Shown: piece after piece, positions 35,820 through 45,127 of the stretch
How the letters are laid out: every line of letters begins with the position of its first letter
Position numbering within the stretch: the first letter of the stretch is position 1
NCBI GenBank assembly: GCA_028684065.1
Contig: JAQUGO010000007.1
Span: forward strand, 39,507-103,506
Length of the DNA stretch: 64,000 nucleotides
Reading direction: 5' to 3'
From: Sulfurospirillaceae bacterium
Lineage (GTDB): Bacteria; Campylobacterota; Campylobacteria; Campylobacterales; Sulfurospirillaceae
Made by a program: the position numbers and the translations under genes
The notes under the pieces: generated by a model
Database searches by the model: none
What the model saw: only the letters and a program-made list of their open reading frames with translations
Told to the model about the DNA's origin: nothing

Positions 35820-37300
35820 GATGTAACCTCTTTCAATTTTTCAAGTACCTTCACCATCGCTAAAGTATCGAGTTCACAATACTTCAACAACTGCTCTCGC
35901 ACTTTCATTTGCTCTGCAAAATTCTTTACATGTAAAGATGCAAAGGCGTTCATAGCATCGCCACCGTTTTGGATGCCCTCAAGTTTTTTATAGGACAATT
36001 CCATCTCAGGTACGAGTGCAGGAAGGACATATTTGATGGAGTAACTGCCTTGCATGCTTGGGGTGACATAGTGTCCTTTTTGAAAAGGAAGCATTAAATC
36101 TTTGATGGTGTCATGTAGGTGCATAAGCTTAGTTGACAAGTCTGGAAACAGCTGGGCAAGTGAGGCGATAACGCCTTTTTCAAAGCTCATATTGTATGTC
36201 AAAATGTTTACATGTAAAGGTATGTCTTTGACCAGTTTTTCAGCTAAAGCTCGTCTTGGGTCAACTCCTGCTTCTGCTAAAAATGCTTTATGCTCTAAAG
36301 TGCCATCACGGTGTTCTACATGTAAAGAGTATTGAAACGGTATTTGTTTGTAAGGACTGACACCGCTCCACAAAGGAATGGCTTGTTGAAAGGTCTCAAA
36401 GTCGAGATGATAGATGGGATAGGTGAGTGTTTCTAAAAACTCAGCGATTGCCTGATGGTCAATGAATGTGTGTTGCTTTTTCCAGTTATCGACCTTTTGC
36501 CATTGGATGGTAGTCATCGCAAAGTCTTCGGGTATAGCTTCGATAGCCACGATGTTTTGCGCATAAAGCTCTTGTTGTTTTTTACTGCCAAGATTGAAGA
36601 TATTGAAGATGCTGTACTCAGGGATATTTCGCTGAACTTTCCAACAATACGCCTTTGCATCACACTCATACGGGTCATTGCACTGTTTGCCAATGTCGAT
36701 GTTTGGCTCATGGACTTTATCGTTCAGATACGCCTCAAACGCTTCAAGTCTCGCAGGAATTGCGCCTTGCAAATCTCGCACTTCACCTGTGACATCGACC
36801 ACCACAAAAAGCTTTTCAAGCTCCAACGCTTCTTCTCGTACATAGCCTGAGTTGATATGCACCACATGACACGCCCCAACCCTAAACCCAAGGGCCTCTA
36901 AAACATACAGCTGAATGGAAACATCATGCAGATAGATAGGCTTTACATCGGTGGAACTCTTCACTTCATAAAGCTCTAAGCCAAGAGGTGTTTGGCACAA
37001 GATGTCCACCATCACTACGATGCCTTCAAAGATAAATGTCGCCTCGTAGATGTTCTCCATACCCTCATCAAGATACGCTTGAGTCAGCCTCGCCATGCTT
37101 TTAAAATCTTGTGCATCAAAAGGTATTTCACGCCCATCAGGAAACAATTTACACGCCAAATCCCCCACGATGTTACCCGTCTCAAACTTTGCTTTGGCAC
37201 TGGCATCTGGTGGGGTTAAAACCTCTGGCTTGCATTTTTTAAGCCAGAGGGATTTTGGACATTGAATGGCTCGGGTGTAGAGGGATTTTGAGAGGGTCAT
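35816..37300 (-). CDS. DUF2779 protein (Cas4/RecB-like PD-(D/E)xK N-terminal half with Cys cluster; DFET-containing C-terminal half)
   Basis: N-terminus MTLSKSLYTRAIQCPKSLWLKK is typical of DUF2779. Cys cluster CNDPYECDAKAYCW. YHLDFETFQQAIP in the second half. The ATG at 37300 is preferred over the track's TTG at 37309. Confidence 0.65.
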   Translation of the reverse strand: MTLSKSLYTRAIQCPKSLWLKKCKPEVLTPPDASAKAKFETGNIVGDLACKLFPDGREIPFDAQDFKSMARLTQAYLDEGMENIYEATFIFEGIVVMVDILCQTPLGLELYEVKSSTDVKPIYLHDVSIQLYVLEALGFRVGACHVVHINSGYVREEALELEKLFVVVDVTGEVRDLQGAIPARLEAFEAYLNDKVHEPNIDIGKQCNDPYECDAKAYCWKVQRNIPEYSIFNIFNLGSKKQQELYAQNIVAIEAIPEDFAMTTIQWQKVDNWKKQHTFIDHQAIAEFLETLTYPIYHLDFETFQQAIPLWSGVSPYKQIPFQYSLHVEHRDGTLEHKAFLAEAGVDPRRALAEKLVKDIPLHVNILTYNMSFEKGVIASLAQLFPDLSTKLMHLHDTIKDLMLPFQKGHYVTPSMQGSYSIKYVLPALVPEMELSYKKLEGIQNGGDAMNAFASLHVKNFAEQMKVREQLLKYCELDTLAMVKVLEKLKEVTS

Positions 37301-37301
37301 T

Positions 37302-39653
37302 TTACTCAACTTCTAAATATTTATCTTTGAAATTAACATGTTTTGTACTAAGTCCAAATTTTTGAAATTTATAACGCATATATGCAGACATCATATCTTC
37401 GTGAGTAGATATAAAAATTTGTCTATCTGCAAACTCATGTCTTAATAAATTAATAAAACCTGCAATATTTAATTCATCAAGGGTTTGTATTGGGTCATCA
37501 ATGAACAACAATTTATTCCTTGAATATCTTTTGTTTAGTGCTAAAGTAAATGCAATAATTAATGTTGCTAATTGTCCTGAACTCATGGTGAAAACAGCAT
37601 CGTAATCATGTGTAGTTGGGTGTTTTTCAAGAAAACGAATCCCATTAGCATCTGACTTGATAAACAATCCAAGACCATTTTGATAATCTTGTGCAATACG
37701 GCCTGAATAAATGTGAAATAAAATTTCCAAGTTTTTAATGAGGCTTTCTTGATAGTTATTCAGCGAAACAACATAAACTAATTTTAGTTTATTTAGCTTT
37801 TTACGCAGTTTATTCGCATTATCATATTTAGCTCTTTCTATATCATATTGTTGTTGCAACCGTTGTGCTACAACATTTTGATGTAATGAGTATTCCCATT
37901 GGATATACTTTATTTTTTGGGTAATTTGTTCATGGCTAACAGTTTGAATATATTCTCTATTCTGCTCAAAAAAACGTAAATAGTAGTCAGAAAAATATGG
38001 TCGGATTTTTTCAGAGTCAATAGGTGATTTTCGCTCTTTTACCGTTCGACTAATGGTTTCTACAAGTTCACTTGTATCAATTAAATACTCCGCTCTATTT
38101 ATTAGTGTATCAATCGGTATGTCATTATGAATAAACTCAGAGTATAGACCATCTAAGTTTTCTCTATTCTTGACTGCGCCTTGTAGAGCGATAATAAATT
38201 CTATATCTATAGGATTTTCTTTTTGATACTCTAAAATGAAACTTCTTATTGGCTCTATATATTTTATGTTGAATTCATCTACTAAAAGTTTAAATTCGGT
38301 TCCAGTTGAAGAAATCAATGCGCTCAAAGTGCTACTCTGACTTTCAAACTTTTCTCTTAATTGTCTAATGTCTTCCCAATCGAAACCACACATAGGGCAA
38401 GTACTACTATTCTCCGATTCTGACTGATAATCTGTAAATTTTGCGATAAAAATATTGCGGGATTCAATAACATTCTGGAGTAATTTCTCAAGAGTAGTGG
38501 CACTAGTATAAAGCTTACGAATCTCTTCAATCGATTCATGATAATCATCGAGATTAACAAAAGTTTTTACCAGTTCACTAAATGATGATTGGATTACTAG
38601 TTTATTGGTATTGATAGCTACAACGACACCCATATCGTAAATATTTTGGATCCATTGAGATATGGATTTGTGTAGTTCTAGTTTCGATGAGAGTTCTTCT
38701 GATAGATCAAAAAAATATGCAAACTGTAAAATTTGCGGTATTTTTTCTGTTTGGGATAGTAATGCATCAAGTTCATCATTGTAAAGTTTTTTTTGAAATT
38801 CTTCAAAATTTGTTATAAAAAAATCGAGTTTTGAAAGTTCTCCATTTTCACCTAACCAGTGAGTATATTGTTCATCATTGAAAGTAAGTGTTGTAACATC
38901 CCAATTTATATCTTTCCAGGTAATGATTCTTGTGTAAGGGACTTCTTCAGTTTCTCTTGCCAGCTCCTCAAACAATTGATTAAGTTTGGCTTCTTTTTCA
39001 TCCAGTGCTGCCTTTGTCATTGGATTACACAAAGAGCCTAGTTTTCGATGAGCCCCATCTAATGTATTAATACGTTGTTGGAAGTCTTCAGTATTGAATA
39101 AATGAGCAATACTTGCTATTCTATCTTTATCTTTATGTTTGAGTAAATAAATATTTTCTTCTTGTTCAATATAGTTCAAAAACTCGAAATTTCTTATATA
39201 GTCTGTACCAAAATACTGTTGGAGGAACTGTTGTTCATTTTCCACCAAAGTACCCTGATCATTGTCAAAAGATAGCAGTCTATAAAGGGGTAATCGAAAA
39301 CCGCTTAAACCGCTTGCATTAATGACATCTCTACTTTCCTTCCTCATCAACGAAATGATGGTGCCATCAATATCTAATTCTCCTTTTATTACCAAATCAC
39401 CTTCAGTTGTTTGATCATTAATTAGTGGATTTCCATTTCTGGTTTCTCGACCATCGATCACACGATGTGACAAATCTGAATATCTACGTAATTGACCTGT
39501 GATTAGAAGCTCTATGGCATCATAAAATGATGTTTTTCCAAATCCATTCGGACCGTCAAATACAACCAAAGATGGATCGTTAAATTCAAGTAAAGGGAAA
39601 TTTTTAAAAAGTTTAAAGTTATCAATTTTTAGTCGTTTAATTTTAATTGCCAT
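37302..39653 (-). CDS. lmuB: SMC/Rad50-like ABC ATPase, Lamassu LmuB (DdmC-like)
   Basis: Walker A FDGPNGFGKTSFYDAIELL, a long coiled-coil middle with CPMCG, signature SSGQLATL, and Walker B LLFIDDPIQTLD. Confidence 0.7.
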   Translation of the reverse strand: MAIKIKRLKIDNFKLFKNFPLLEFNDPSLVVFDGPNGFGKTSFYDAIELLITGQLRRYSDLSHRVIDGRETRNGNPLINDQTTEGDLVIKGELDIDGTIISLMRKESRDVINASGLSGFRLPLYRLLSFDNDQGTLVENEQQFLQQYFGTDYIRNFEFLNYIEQEENIYLLKHKDKDRIASIAHLFNTEDFQQRINTLDGAHRKLGSLCNPMTKAALDEKEAKLNQLFEELARETEEVPYTRIITWKDINWDVTTLTFNDEQYTHWLGENGELSKLDFFITNFEEFQKKLYNDELDALLSQTEKIPQILQFAYFFDLSEELSSKLELHKSISQWIQNIYDMGVVVAINTNKLVIQSSFSELVKTFVNLDDYHESIEEIRKLYTSATTLEKLLQNVIESRNIFIAKFTDYQSESENSSTCPMCGFDWEDIRQLREKFESQSSTLSALISSTGTEFKLLVDEFNIKYIEPIRSFILEYQKENPIDIEFIIALQGAVKNRENLDGLYSEFIHNDIPIDTLINRAEYLIDTSELVETISRTVKERKSPIDSEKIRPYFSDYYLRFFEQNREYIQTVSHEQITQKIKYIQWEYSLHQNVVAQRLQQQYDIERAKYDNANKLRKKLNKLKLVYVVSLNNYQESLIKNLEILFHIYSGRIAQDYQNGLGLFIKSDANGIRFLEKHPTTHDYDAVFTMSSGQLATLIIAFTLALNKRYSRNKLLFIDDPIQTLDELNIAGFINLLRHEFADRQIFISTHEDMMSAYMRYKFQKFGLSTKHVNFKDKYLEVE

Positions 39654-40347
39654 CTTCAGATTCCTCCACTAAAGGTGATAACCTTGTTAATAGTACTTCT
39701 GCTCCAATATCATCTAAATCATCTAAATCTATAGAAAATAATGCCTCATTAAAACCATCCAAACTATCATCTGTATGTGCTGATAAGGCCGCTTGATTCT
39801 GGCTAAATAAAGATTCAAGACTTTCATTCTCATTGACATTTATATTTATAAAAGGCACTTTCATAGCCATACGATACATTAGGGCTTGCCAACTTTGTAT
39901 CATAGAATTGTTTTTATAAGTCTGAAAAGCTTCTTGAGATGGAATATAATTGTTAAAAAATTCTGTAATAGGTTGTCCATCTATTTGCATTTGTAACTCT
40001 GTCAACTCAACGTTAGAAAAATATAGAACATGCTTTTTAAAAAAATATGGGTCTTCTTCTATTGCTATTAACTGCTTTTTCATTGTATGTAGCTGAAGGT
40101 TTACACCTGTGTCCCACAGAATGAGCATTGATAAGTTTTTATCTAGTTCTGGTGAAGTTTCAATTTGACTGCACTCTTCAAATAAGCCTGCTTGTGACGC
40201 CCGAATTGATGATAATTGTTCAGCGGTAACAACAAGCCAAAAATCTGTTTTCCGACTTTGTGCATTTAATTTGAAAAGAGTGTAGTTACCAATTGGGGCA
40301 TTTGTATAGCCATAGGCTTCAAATAATTGAGCTATTAGTTCATTCAT
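39643..40347 (-). CDS. lmuC: Lamassu middle component (LmuC/DdmB-like), acidic C-terminus
   Basis: The call rests on position between the nuclease and the SMC gene, with overlaps on both sides. No diagnostic motif. Confidence 0.45.
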   Translation of the reverse strand: MNELIAQLFEAYGYTNAPIGNYTLFKLNAQSRKTDFWLVVTAEQLSSIRASQAGLFEECSQIETSPELDKNLSMLILWDTGVNLQLHTMKKQLIAIEEDPYFFKKHVLYFSNVELTELQMQIDGQPITEFFNNYIPSQEAFQTYKNNSMIQSWQALMYRMAMKVPFININVNENESLESLFSQNQAALSAHTDDSLDGFNEALFSIDLDDLDDIGAEVLLTRLSPLVEESEDGN

Positions 40348-41581
40348 TTATTTCCCTTTTTGCGTTTTCTAAAGACTTTAATGTAACCTTTTTCCAGCCC
40401 ATGATATGTTGATGCACCTTTGGATCGAACTTTGCCAGTACTTCTGGTGAGGATATTGAATCTATATCAATATCTGTGGTGATGATATGACTACCTTCGA
40501 ACATTACGTCCAAATCATTATCAAGGGCATTTTGGATAATGTCATTACATATTTTTTTACTATGAGAATGCCCTAGATTAATTGAACTTGGAGCGTATGA
40601 TTTATGTGAGGACGTCCATTGCAAGAAAATTAAATTATGATAGGTGGGTATGTTTTTTATCTCGGACAGTATTCTGAAGAATCCATCTTTAATTTCAGTG
40701 GATTGAATTGCCTTGTCCTTGTAATCTGCAATAGTCTCAAATTTAAAAGTACGATGAGGCATTATATTTTTAATAAAACGTATAATTTGAGCTTTATCAA
40801 AATCATTAATTTCTTTTACAACTGCATAAAGTCTCTTCAAATCGCTCTCTTTCAAGTCATCTTCATTTTCACTACAAAACTCCATGAAATAACGGCGAAA
40901 ATCTCCTAATAAAAGATAAAAGTAATAGTCGTTCTCTACTCTTTGATTAAGATCTTCTTGTATCAGATCAAGGAATATTTGTAGAGGTATAATCTCTTTA
41001 TATGCAACCTCTGTCTCTGGTGCCATGCTAGCGTGAATTTTCCCATGAATCGCCAAGATTTTTTCCGTAATAACTTGATCTAAATAAACACGTACTTTAC
41101 AAGCATAATCCATTGAGTGTTTTGAGGGGTCACCAGCATGATATACATGCAGTAATTTAATCAATTTTTCTTCAATTTTTTTATCAATTTCATCAACTGG
41201 ACAATAGTCGTTACTGCCATATTTATAAATCTTTATTGGAGAGAATTCATTTTCAATATCTGCAATTGATTTATTAGTAATATTTTTTGCTAAATGGAAG
41301 CAAGCATTTTGGCAATTTTCACTTGTTATTTTGCTTTTTAGTTTAATGAATTCAGAACAATAAGTACTAAAAGATTGGCTCTTTAACGCTTTAATTTGGT
41401 GCATGGATACGACATCCCTATTAGCATCTAATATGGCAAAATCTTCCAAACTATCAAGTTGCAAAACATAGTCTGAATGATCTAATAGTGTAAGAGCATG
41501 ATAAATTGCGACTTTTCCCTGGTAGATAAAGCCACTCCAACTTGTTATTGCAGTATGTGGATATAAAATATTATTTGACAT
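40340..41581 (-). CDS. lmuA: Cap4-nuclease/DUF4297-type effector, Lamassu LmuA (DdmA-like)
   Basis: N-terminal WSGFIYQGKVAIYHAL ... LEDFAILD ... HQIKALK fits the DUF4297 PD-(D/E)xK pattern (GF.YQ ... ED ... Q.K). Confidence 0.6.
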   Translation of the reverse strand: MSNNILYPHTAITSWSGFIYQGKVAIYHALTLLDHSDYVLQLDSLEDFAILDANRDVVSMHQIKALKSQSFSTYCSEFIKLKSKITSENCQNACFHLAKNITNKSIADIENEFSPIKIYKYGSNDYCPVDEIDKKIEEKLIKLLHVYHAGDPSKHSMDYACKVRVYLDQVITEKILAIHGKIHASMAPETEVAYKEIIPLQIFLDLIQEDLNQRVENDYYFYLLLGDFRRYFMEFCSENEDDLKESDLKRLYAVVKEINDFDKAQIIRFIKNIMPHRTFKFETIADYKDKAIQSTEIKDGFFRILSEIKNIPTYHNLIFLQWTSSHKSYAPSSINLGHSHSKKICNDIIQNALDNDLDVMFEGSHIITTDIDIDSISSPEVLAKFDPKVHQHIMGWKKVTLKSLENAKREINE

Positions 41582-41602
41582 TAAAATCCTTATTTACAAA
41601 AT

Positions 41603-43957
41603 TCACAACTCCACAACTCTTTCAAACATCTCTTTAATCTCCATCTCATGAGAAATTAAAAATATCTGTCTATAAGATTCACTAATCGTATGAAACGCTT
41701 CCATAATGCGGATGCGTCTCTCCTCATCTTGACTTCCGAAGACTTCATCGAAGGCTAAAAATCCTACGTTTCCTCCACCGCTAAGTTCTCCTAGTGTTTT
41801 GGAGATGGCGATGCGAAGCACTAAGTTAGCGAGGTCTATTTCACCTCCGCTAAAGCGTTCTATGGGGTATTTGATACCGTTGTCGTAGATGAAGAAGTCA
41901 AACTCTGGGCTGACTTCTATGTGTTGGTAACGACCTCTGGTAATGCGTACGAACATCTCACTGGCTACTTCACCAATGCGTGGTGCTACTCTTGCGTTGA
42001 TATGCGTTTTAAACTCCGCCATAATCTCTTTTAGCTTCACATAATCACTTTGGTCTTTCTCTTTGGCTTTGAGTGCCTCTCGTAGTTTGGCATCACGCTC
42101 GATATCTTTTTTGAGTGCTTCGATGTCACGAACGATATTGGACTGCTCAAGGGCGGTTTTATGCATCAGTTCAGTATGTGCTTCTTTTTGTTTTTCAATA
42201 CGTGTAGTTTCTTCTATAGCTTTGGTGTGTATTTCTTCTTTGTAAGTATCCGCACTGAGAAGATTTTGATACTCTTTAAGCTGTACTTGATCAGTTTCTA
42301 ATTGCTTTTGAAGTGCACTCAAGGCAGTTGTTTTTGAAGGTATAGTGGCGATAAGTGCTTCGAGCTTGAGCAGTTCATCGACTTGAGCTTTGAGGGTTTT
42401 ATGCTCCGCTTTTAAGTGCTCATGAGCTTTTTCATCATAAGTGATGATGCCTAATGCTTCTAGGGCTTGTTTATTTGCTTTACCTCTGATTTCTACTTCA
42501 TTAAAAAGTGTTTGTGCTTTGGCAAGGTCTTGAGTTTTACTGGTAAGTAAGGTTATTTGCGTGTTGGTTGCGTTATAAATCCGCTCTGCTTCTTGAACAA
42601 TTTTCTGCTGTGCTTTGTGTAGTTCTACTTTTACATGTAAAGATTTTGTGGCTTCGTCTATCTGTTTGGAGATGACCTCGTTTATATCTTTGGTTAAAGA
42701 GGAGAGGACATTGTCGTATTGATCCAGCAGTGGTCTGGTACATACAGGACATGCCGAATCACGACCTAGTTTTGTGATGCCATCAACTTTATCTTTGGTT
42801 TCGACTATCTTTGCATTTTGGGTTGCGATATGAGTTTTAATCGCATTCATCGCCTCTTCAATACTTTGTAATGTTGCTTTTTGTTGCGTAAGGGTTGTGT
42901 GCTGTTCAGCGAACTGTTTTTTGAGCGTTTCAAGAGGTTCTATCTCTTTGGAAAGTGTTGCAACTTCTGCTTTACGACTGGTAAATTCAATGCGAAGTTG
43001 CACTTGTTCTTTTTCTAAGGCATCTTTTTTAAAGTATGCTGTTCTGAAATTGTCTTGTTCATTTAGAGATTTATCAAATGTAACTAGTTTGGCTTTGAGC
43101 GGGAGCTCTTTTTCATAGGCGGTTTTCTTTACATGTAAGGCTTTGAGTTCTTCGTCAAGATTTTTAAGTTGTTGCTGATGAATGGTGATACCTTGCTCTG
43201 CTTTGGTCACAGTTTGAGCTTTTTGAGTTTTGGCTTCTTTGGCTTTTTGCTGAAGCTCAACGGCTGTTTTCGCACTCTCATGGGTAAGTTTGATTTTTTG
43301 ACTTTCAGCTTCAAAGGTTTTAAATTGTGCTACTAAAGTTTTAAGTGTTTCCTCTTTTGAAACTTGCTTTACATGTAAAGCTTTAAGAGCCTCTTCGCTC
43401 ATAAGTTGAGTTGAGTCGTTTTTTATATCACGGTTAAGATCACGCAATACTTCACGGATCATAGCTTCAATCTTATCTATCTTCTCCAGTCCTAAAAGAC
43501 GGCGCATCATAGTTTTACGCTCATCATTTTTCATGGAACTAAGAGCTGTGAGTTCTTTTTGAGACGCAAAAACAGTGTGTAAGAAAGCTTCTTTTCCCAT
43601 GCCAAGTAGTTTATTGATAGCGATGGTGACTTCTTTCGCACCTGTTGTGGTTGTTTCTTCGCCACATTTTAATGAAGCATATGCGGTCATCACACGGCCA
43701 CGAAACTCACGGATGCTGGTGTACTCTTTTTCGTTGATATAAAAGCAAAGTTCTACTTTGACATTACCTTCCGCACCTGAGGTTTTCAAGAGTTCTTTAT
43801 TTTTATACTCACCATACAAGGCGAAAAAGACTGCTTCAAAGATAGTGGACTTTCCACTGCCATTACGTCCTAAGATGCCACAAAGTCCTTCTTCAAAAGT
43901 CATCTCGAATGAGGGGTAACGCTTAAAGTTTTGAAGAGAGAGTGTTTTAAGCGTCAT
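41603..43957 (-). CDS. sbcC: SbcC/Rad50-like ATPase
   Basis: Walker A ILGRNGSGKSTIFEAV, a long coiled coil with zinc hook CPVC, signature FSGGEIDL, and Walker B LAFDEVFGSQD. Confidence 0.8.
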   Translation of the reverse strand: MTLKTLSLQNFKRYPSFEMTFEEGLCGILGRNGSGKSTIFEAVFFALYGEYKNKELLKTSGAEGNVKVELCFYINEKEYTSIREFRGRVMTAYASLKCGEETTTTGAKEVTIAINKLLGMGKEAFLHTVFASQKELTALSSMKNDERKTMMRRLLGLEKIDKIEAMIREVLRDLNRDIKNDSTQLMSEEALKALHVKQVSKEETLKTLVAQFKTFEAESQKIKLTHESAKTAVELQQKAKEAKTQKAQTVTKAEQGITIHQQQLKNLDEELKALHVKKTAYEKELPLKAKLVTFDKSLNEQDNFRTAYFKKDALEKEQVQLRIEFTSRKAEVATLSKEIEPLETLKKQFAEQHTTLTQQKATLQSIEEAMNAIKTHIATQNAKIVETKDKVDGITKLGRDSACPVCTRPLLDQYDNVLSSLTKDINEVISKQIDEATKSLHVKVELHKAQQKIVQEAERIYNATNTQITLLTSKTQDLAKAQTLFNEVEIRGKANKQALEALGIITYDEKAHEHLKAEHKTLKAQVDELLKLEALIATIPSKTTALSALQKQLETDQVQLKEYQNLLSADTYKEEIHTKAIEETTRIEKQKEAHTELMHKTALEQSNIVRDIEALKKDIERDAKLREALKAKEKDQSDYVKLKEIMAEFKTHINARVAPRIGEVASEMFVRITRGRYQHIEVSPEFDFFIYDNGIKYPIERFSGGEIDLANLVLRIAISKTLGELSGGGNVGFLAFDEVFGSQDEERRIRIMEAFHTISESYRQIFLISHEMEIKEMFERVVEL
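43366..43381. repeat. 16-nt perfect palindrome GCTTTACATGTAAAGC (longest instance of the iterated TTACATGTAA motif)
   Basis: Read directly from the sequence. See the finding on the iterated palindrome. Confidence 0.95.
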
Positions 43958-45065
43958 CGTTTACCTCGTCATACTGTGCAAATAGCTCAGTGACTTTAGC
44001 ATTTAGGCGTTCAAACTCATTTTCATCTCCACTTTGCTCTTTGAGGAAAGAGCTAAAATACTCTTGCAAAGAAGCAGCATTGACTGATTCTGAACTTATA
44101 GAGCTTTGAGTTTGAGCAAATTTGCGTTGTATCTGAACACTAAGTGCTTCAGGGAAAATTCCTTCTATATCACCATTGGCGATGTCGATAGACTGCGTAA
44201 TGGTTAGATTTTCAAGAGTGATGTAAAGAAGTGCTCCTTTGGTAACATCGGCATATTCCTCAAGCTGGAAAATGACATCTTTGGTTGCATCAATATTGAG
44301 TCGATAACTTGGGCGTAATGCGATGGTTTGAAGGTTTACATGTAAAGCTTCATCAAGTTCAACACATGCATAGCCTTTATCAATACGAATATCATTGCTA
44401 CTGGTACGCTCAGTTGATCCTGCATAGTAAACATTTGGGTGTTTGCCAACTTTGCCAAAGCCATGCCAATGCCCTAAGGCGACATAATCCATTTTAGAAA
44501 ATAGTGATTCTTTATCGTGAGGATAGACACGCTCACCATACTCTTCCATAATATACTTTTGCCCAACGGAGCAGTGAAGCATCATAATGTTTCGTTTGCC
44601 CTCAACTAAGGAGTTTTCACAAAGCTCTATGGCTTTAAGATTTTCCATTTCATCGTTAATGTGTGGAATACAATGAAAAACAACATCCTCAAATTCCACC
44701 TTTTCATAGGCTTCTTCAAAAACAGGATAGACATAGTCTAATGTGCGAAGAGCTAAAAGTATAGGTGAAGCAGTGCGTGTGCGAGGTGTTGAGTGATTTC
44801 CTGCGATAATGATGGTTTTTATCTGTGCTGAACTTAGGCGTTTAAGTTGTGTAAGAGCGAAACTAATAGCGCGGTTTGATGGGTGAGGACGGTGAAAAAG
44901 ATCACCCGTGTGAATGACATAGTTAGGTTTATCCAAAAGAATAGCATCAATGACTTGTGTAAATGCATCGTAAAAGTCAGCCTCTCGCTGATTGATACCT
45001 GCTTCATTAATGGCGTCTAAATCGTTAAAGCCTAAATGCGTATCCGAAAAATGAATCAATCTCAC
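43947..45065 (-). CDS. sbcD: SbcD/Mre11-like nuclease
   Basis: Motifs HFSDTHLG, HTGDLFH, GNHS and LGHWH. It overlaps the sbcC start by 11 nt. Confidence 0.85.
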   Translation of the reverse strand: MRLIHFSDTHLGFNDLDAINEAGINQREADFYDAFTQVIDAILLDKPNYVIHTGDLFHRPHPSNRAISFALTQLKRLSSAQIKTIIIAGNHSTPRTRTASPILLALRTLDYVYPVFEEAYEKVEFEDVVFHCIPHINDEMENLKAIELCENSLVEGKRNIMMLHCSVGQKYIMEEYGERVYPHDKESLFSKMDYVALGHWHGFGKVGKHPNVYYAGSTERTSSNDIRIDKGYACVELDEALHVNLQTIALRPSYRLNIDATKDVIFQLEEYADVTKGALLYITLENLTITQSIDIANGDIEGIFPEALSVQIQRKFAQTQSSISSESVNAASLQEYFSSFLKEQSGDENEFERLNAKVTELFAQYDEVNDDA

Positions 45066-45127
45066 GGTGCTTCTTTATGATTATTTGCATTGATTATAGC
45101 AAATATTAAACTCATTAAATAATAAAA

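Noticed and set aside
37302-43957. Treating the two SMC-like ATPases (LmuB-like and SbcC-like) as a Wadjet/JetABCD-type system
   Set aside because: There is no kleisin-like, KicB-like or Toprim (JetD) gene. The partners are a Cap4-type nuclease plus a small acidic protein in one case, and an Mre11-type nuclease in the other. These fit Lamassu and SbcCD respectively.
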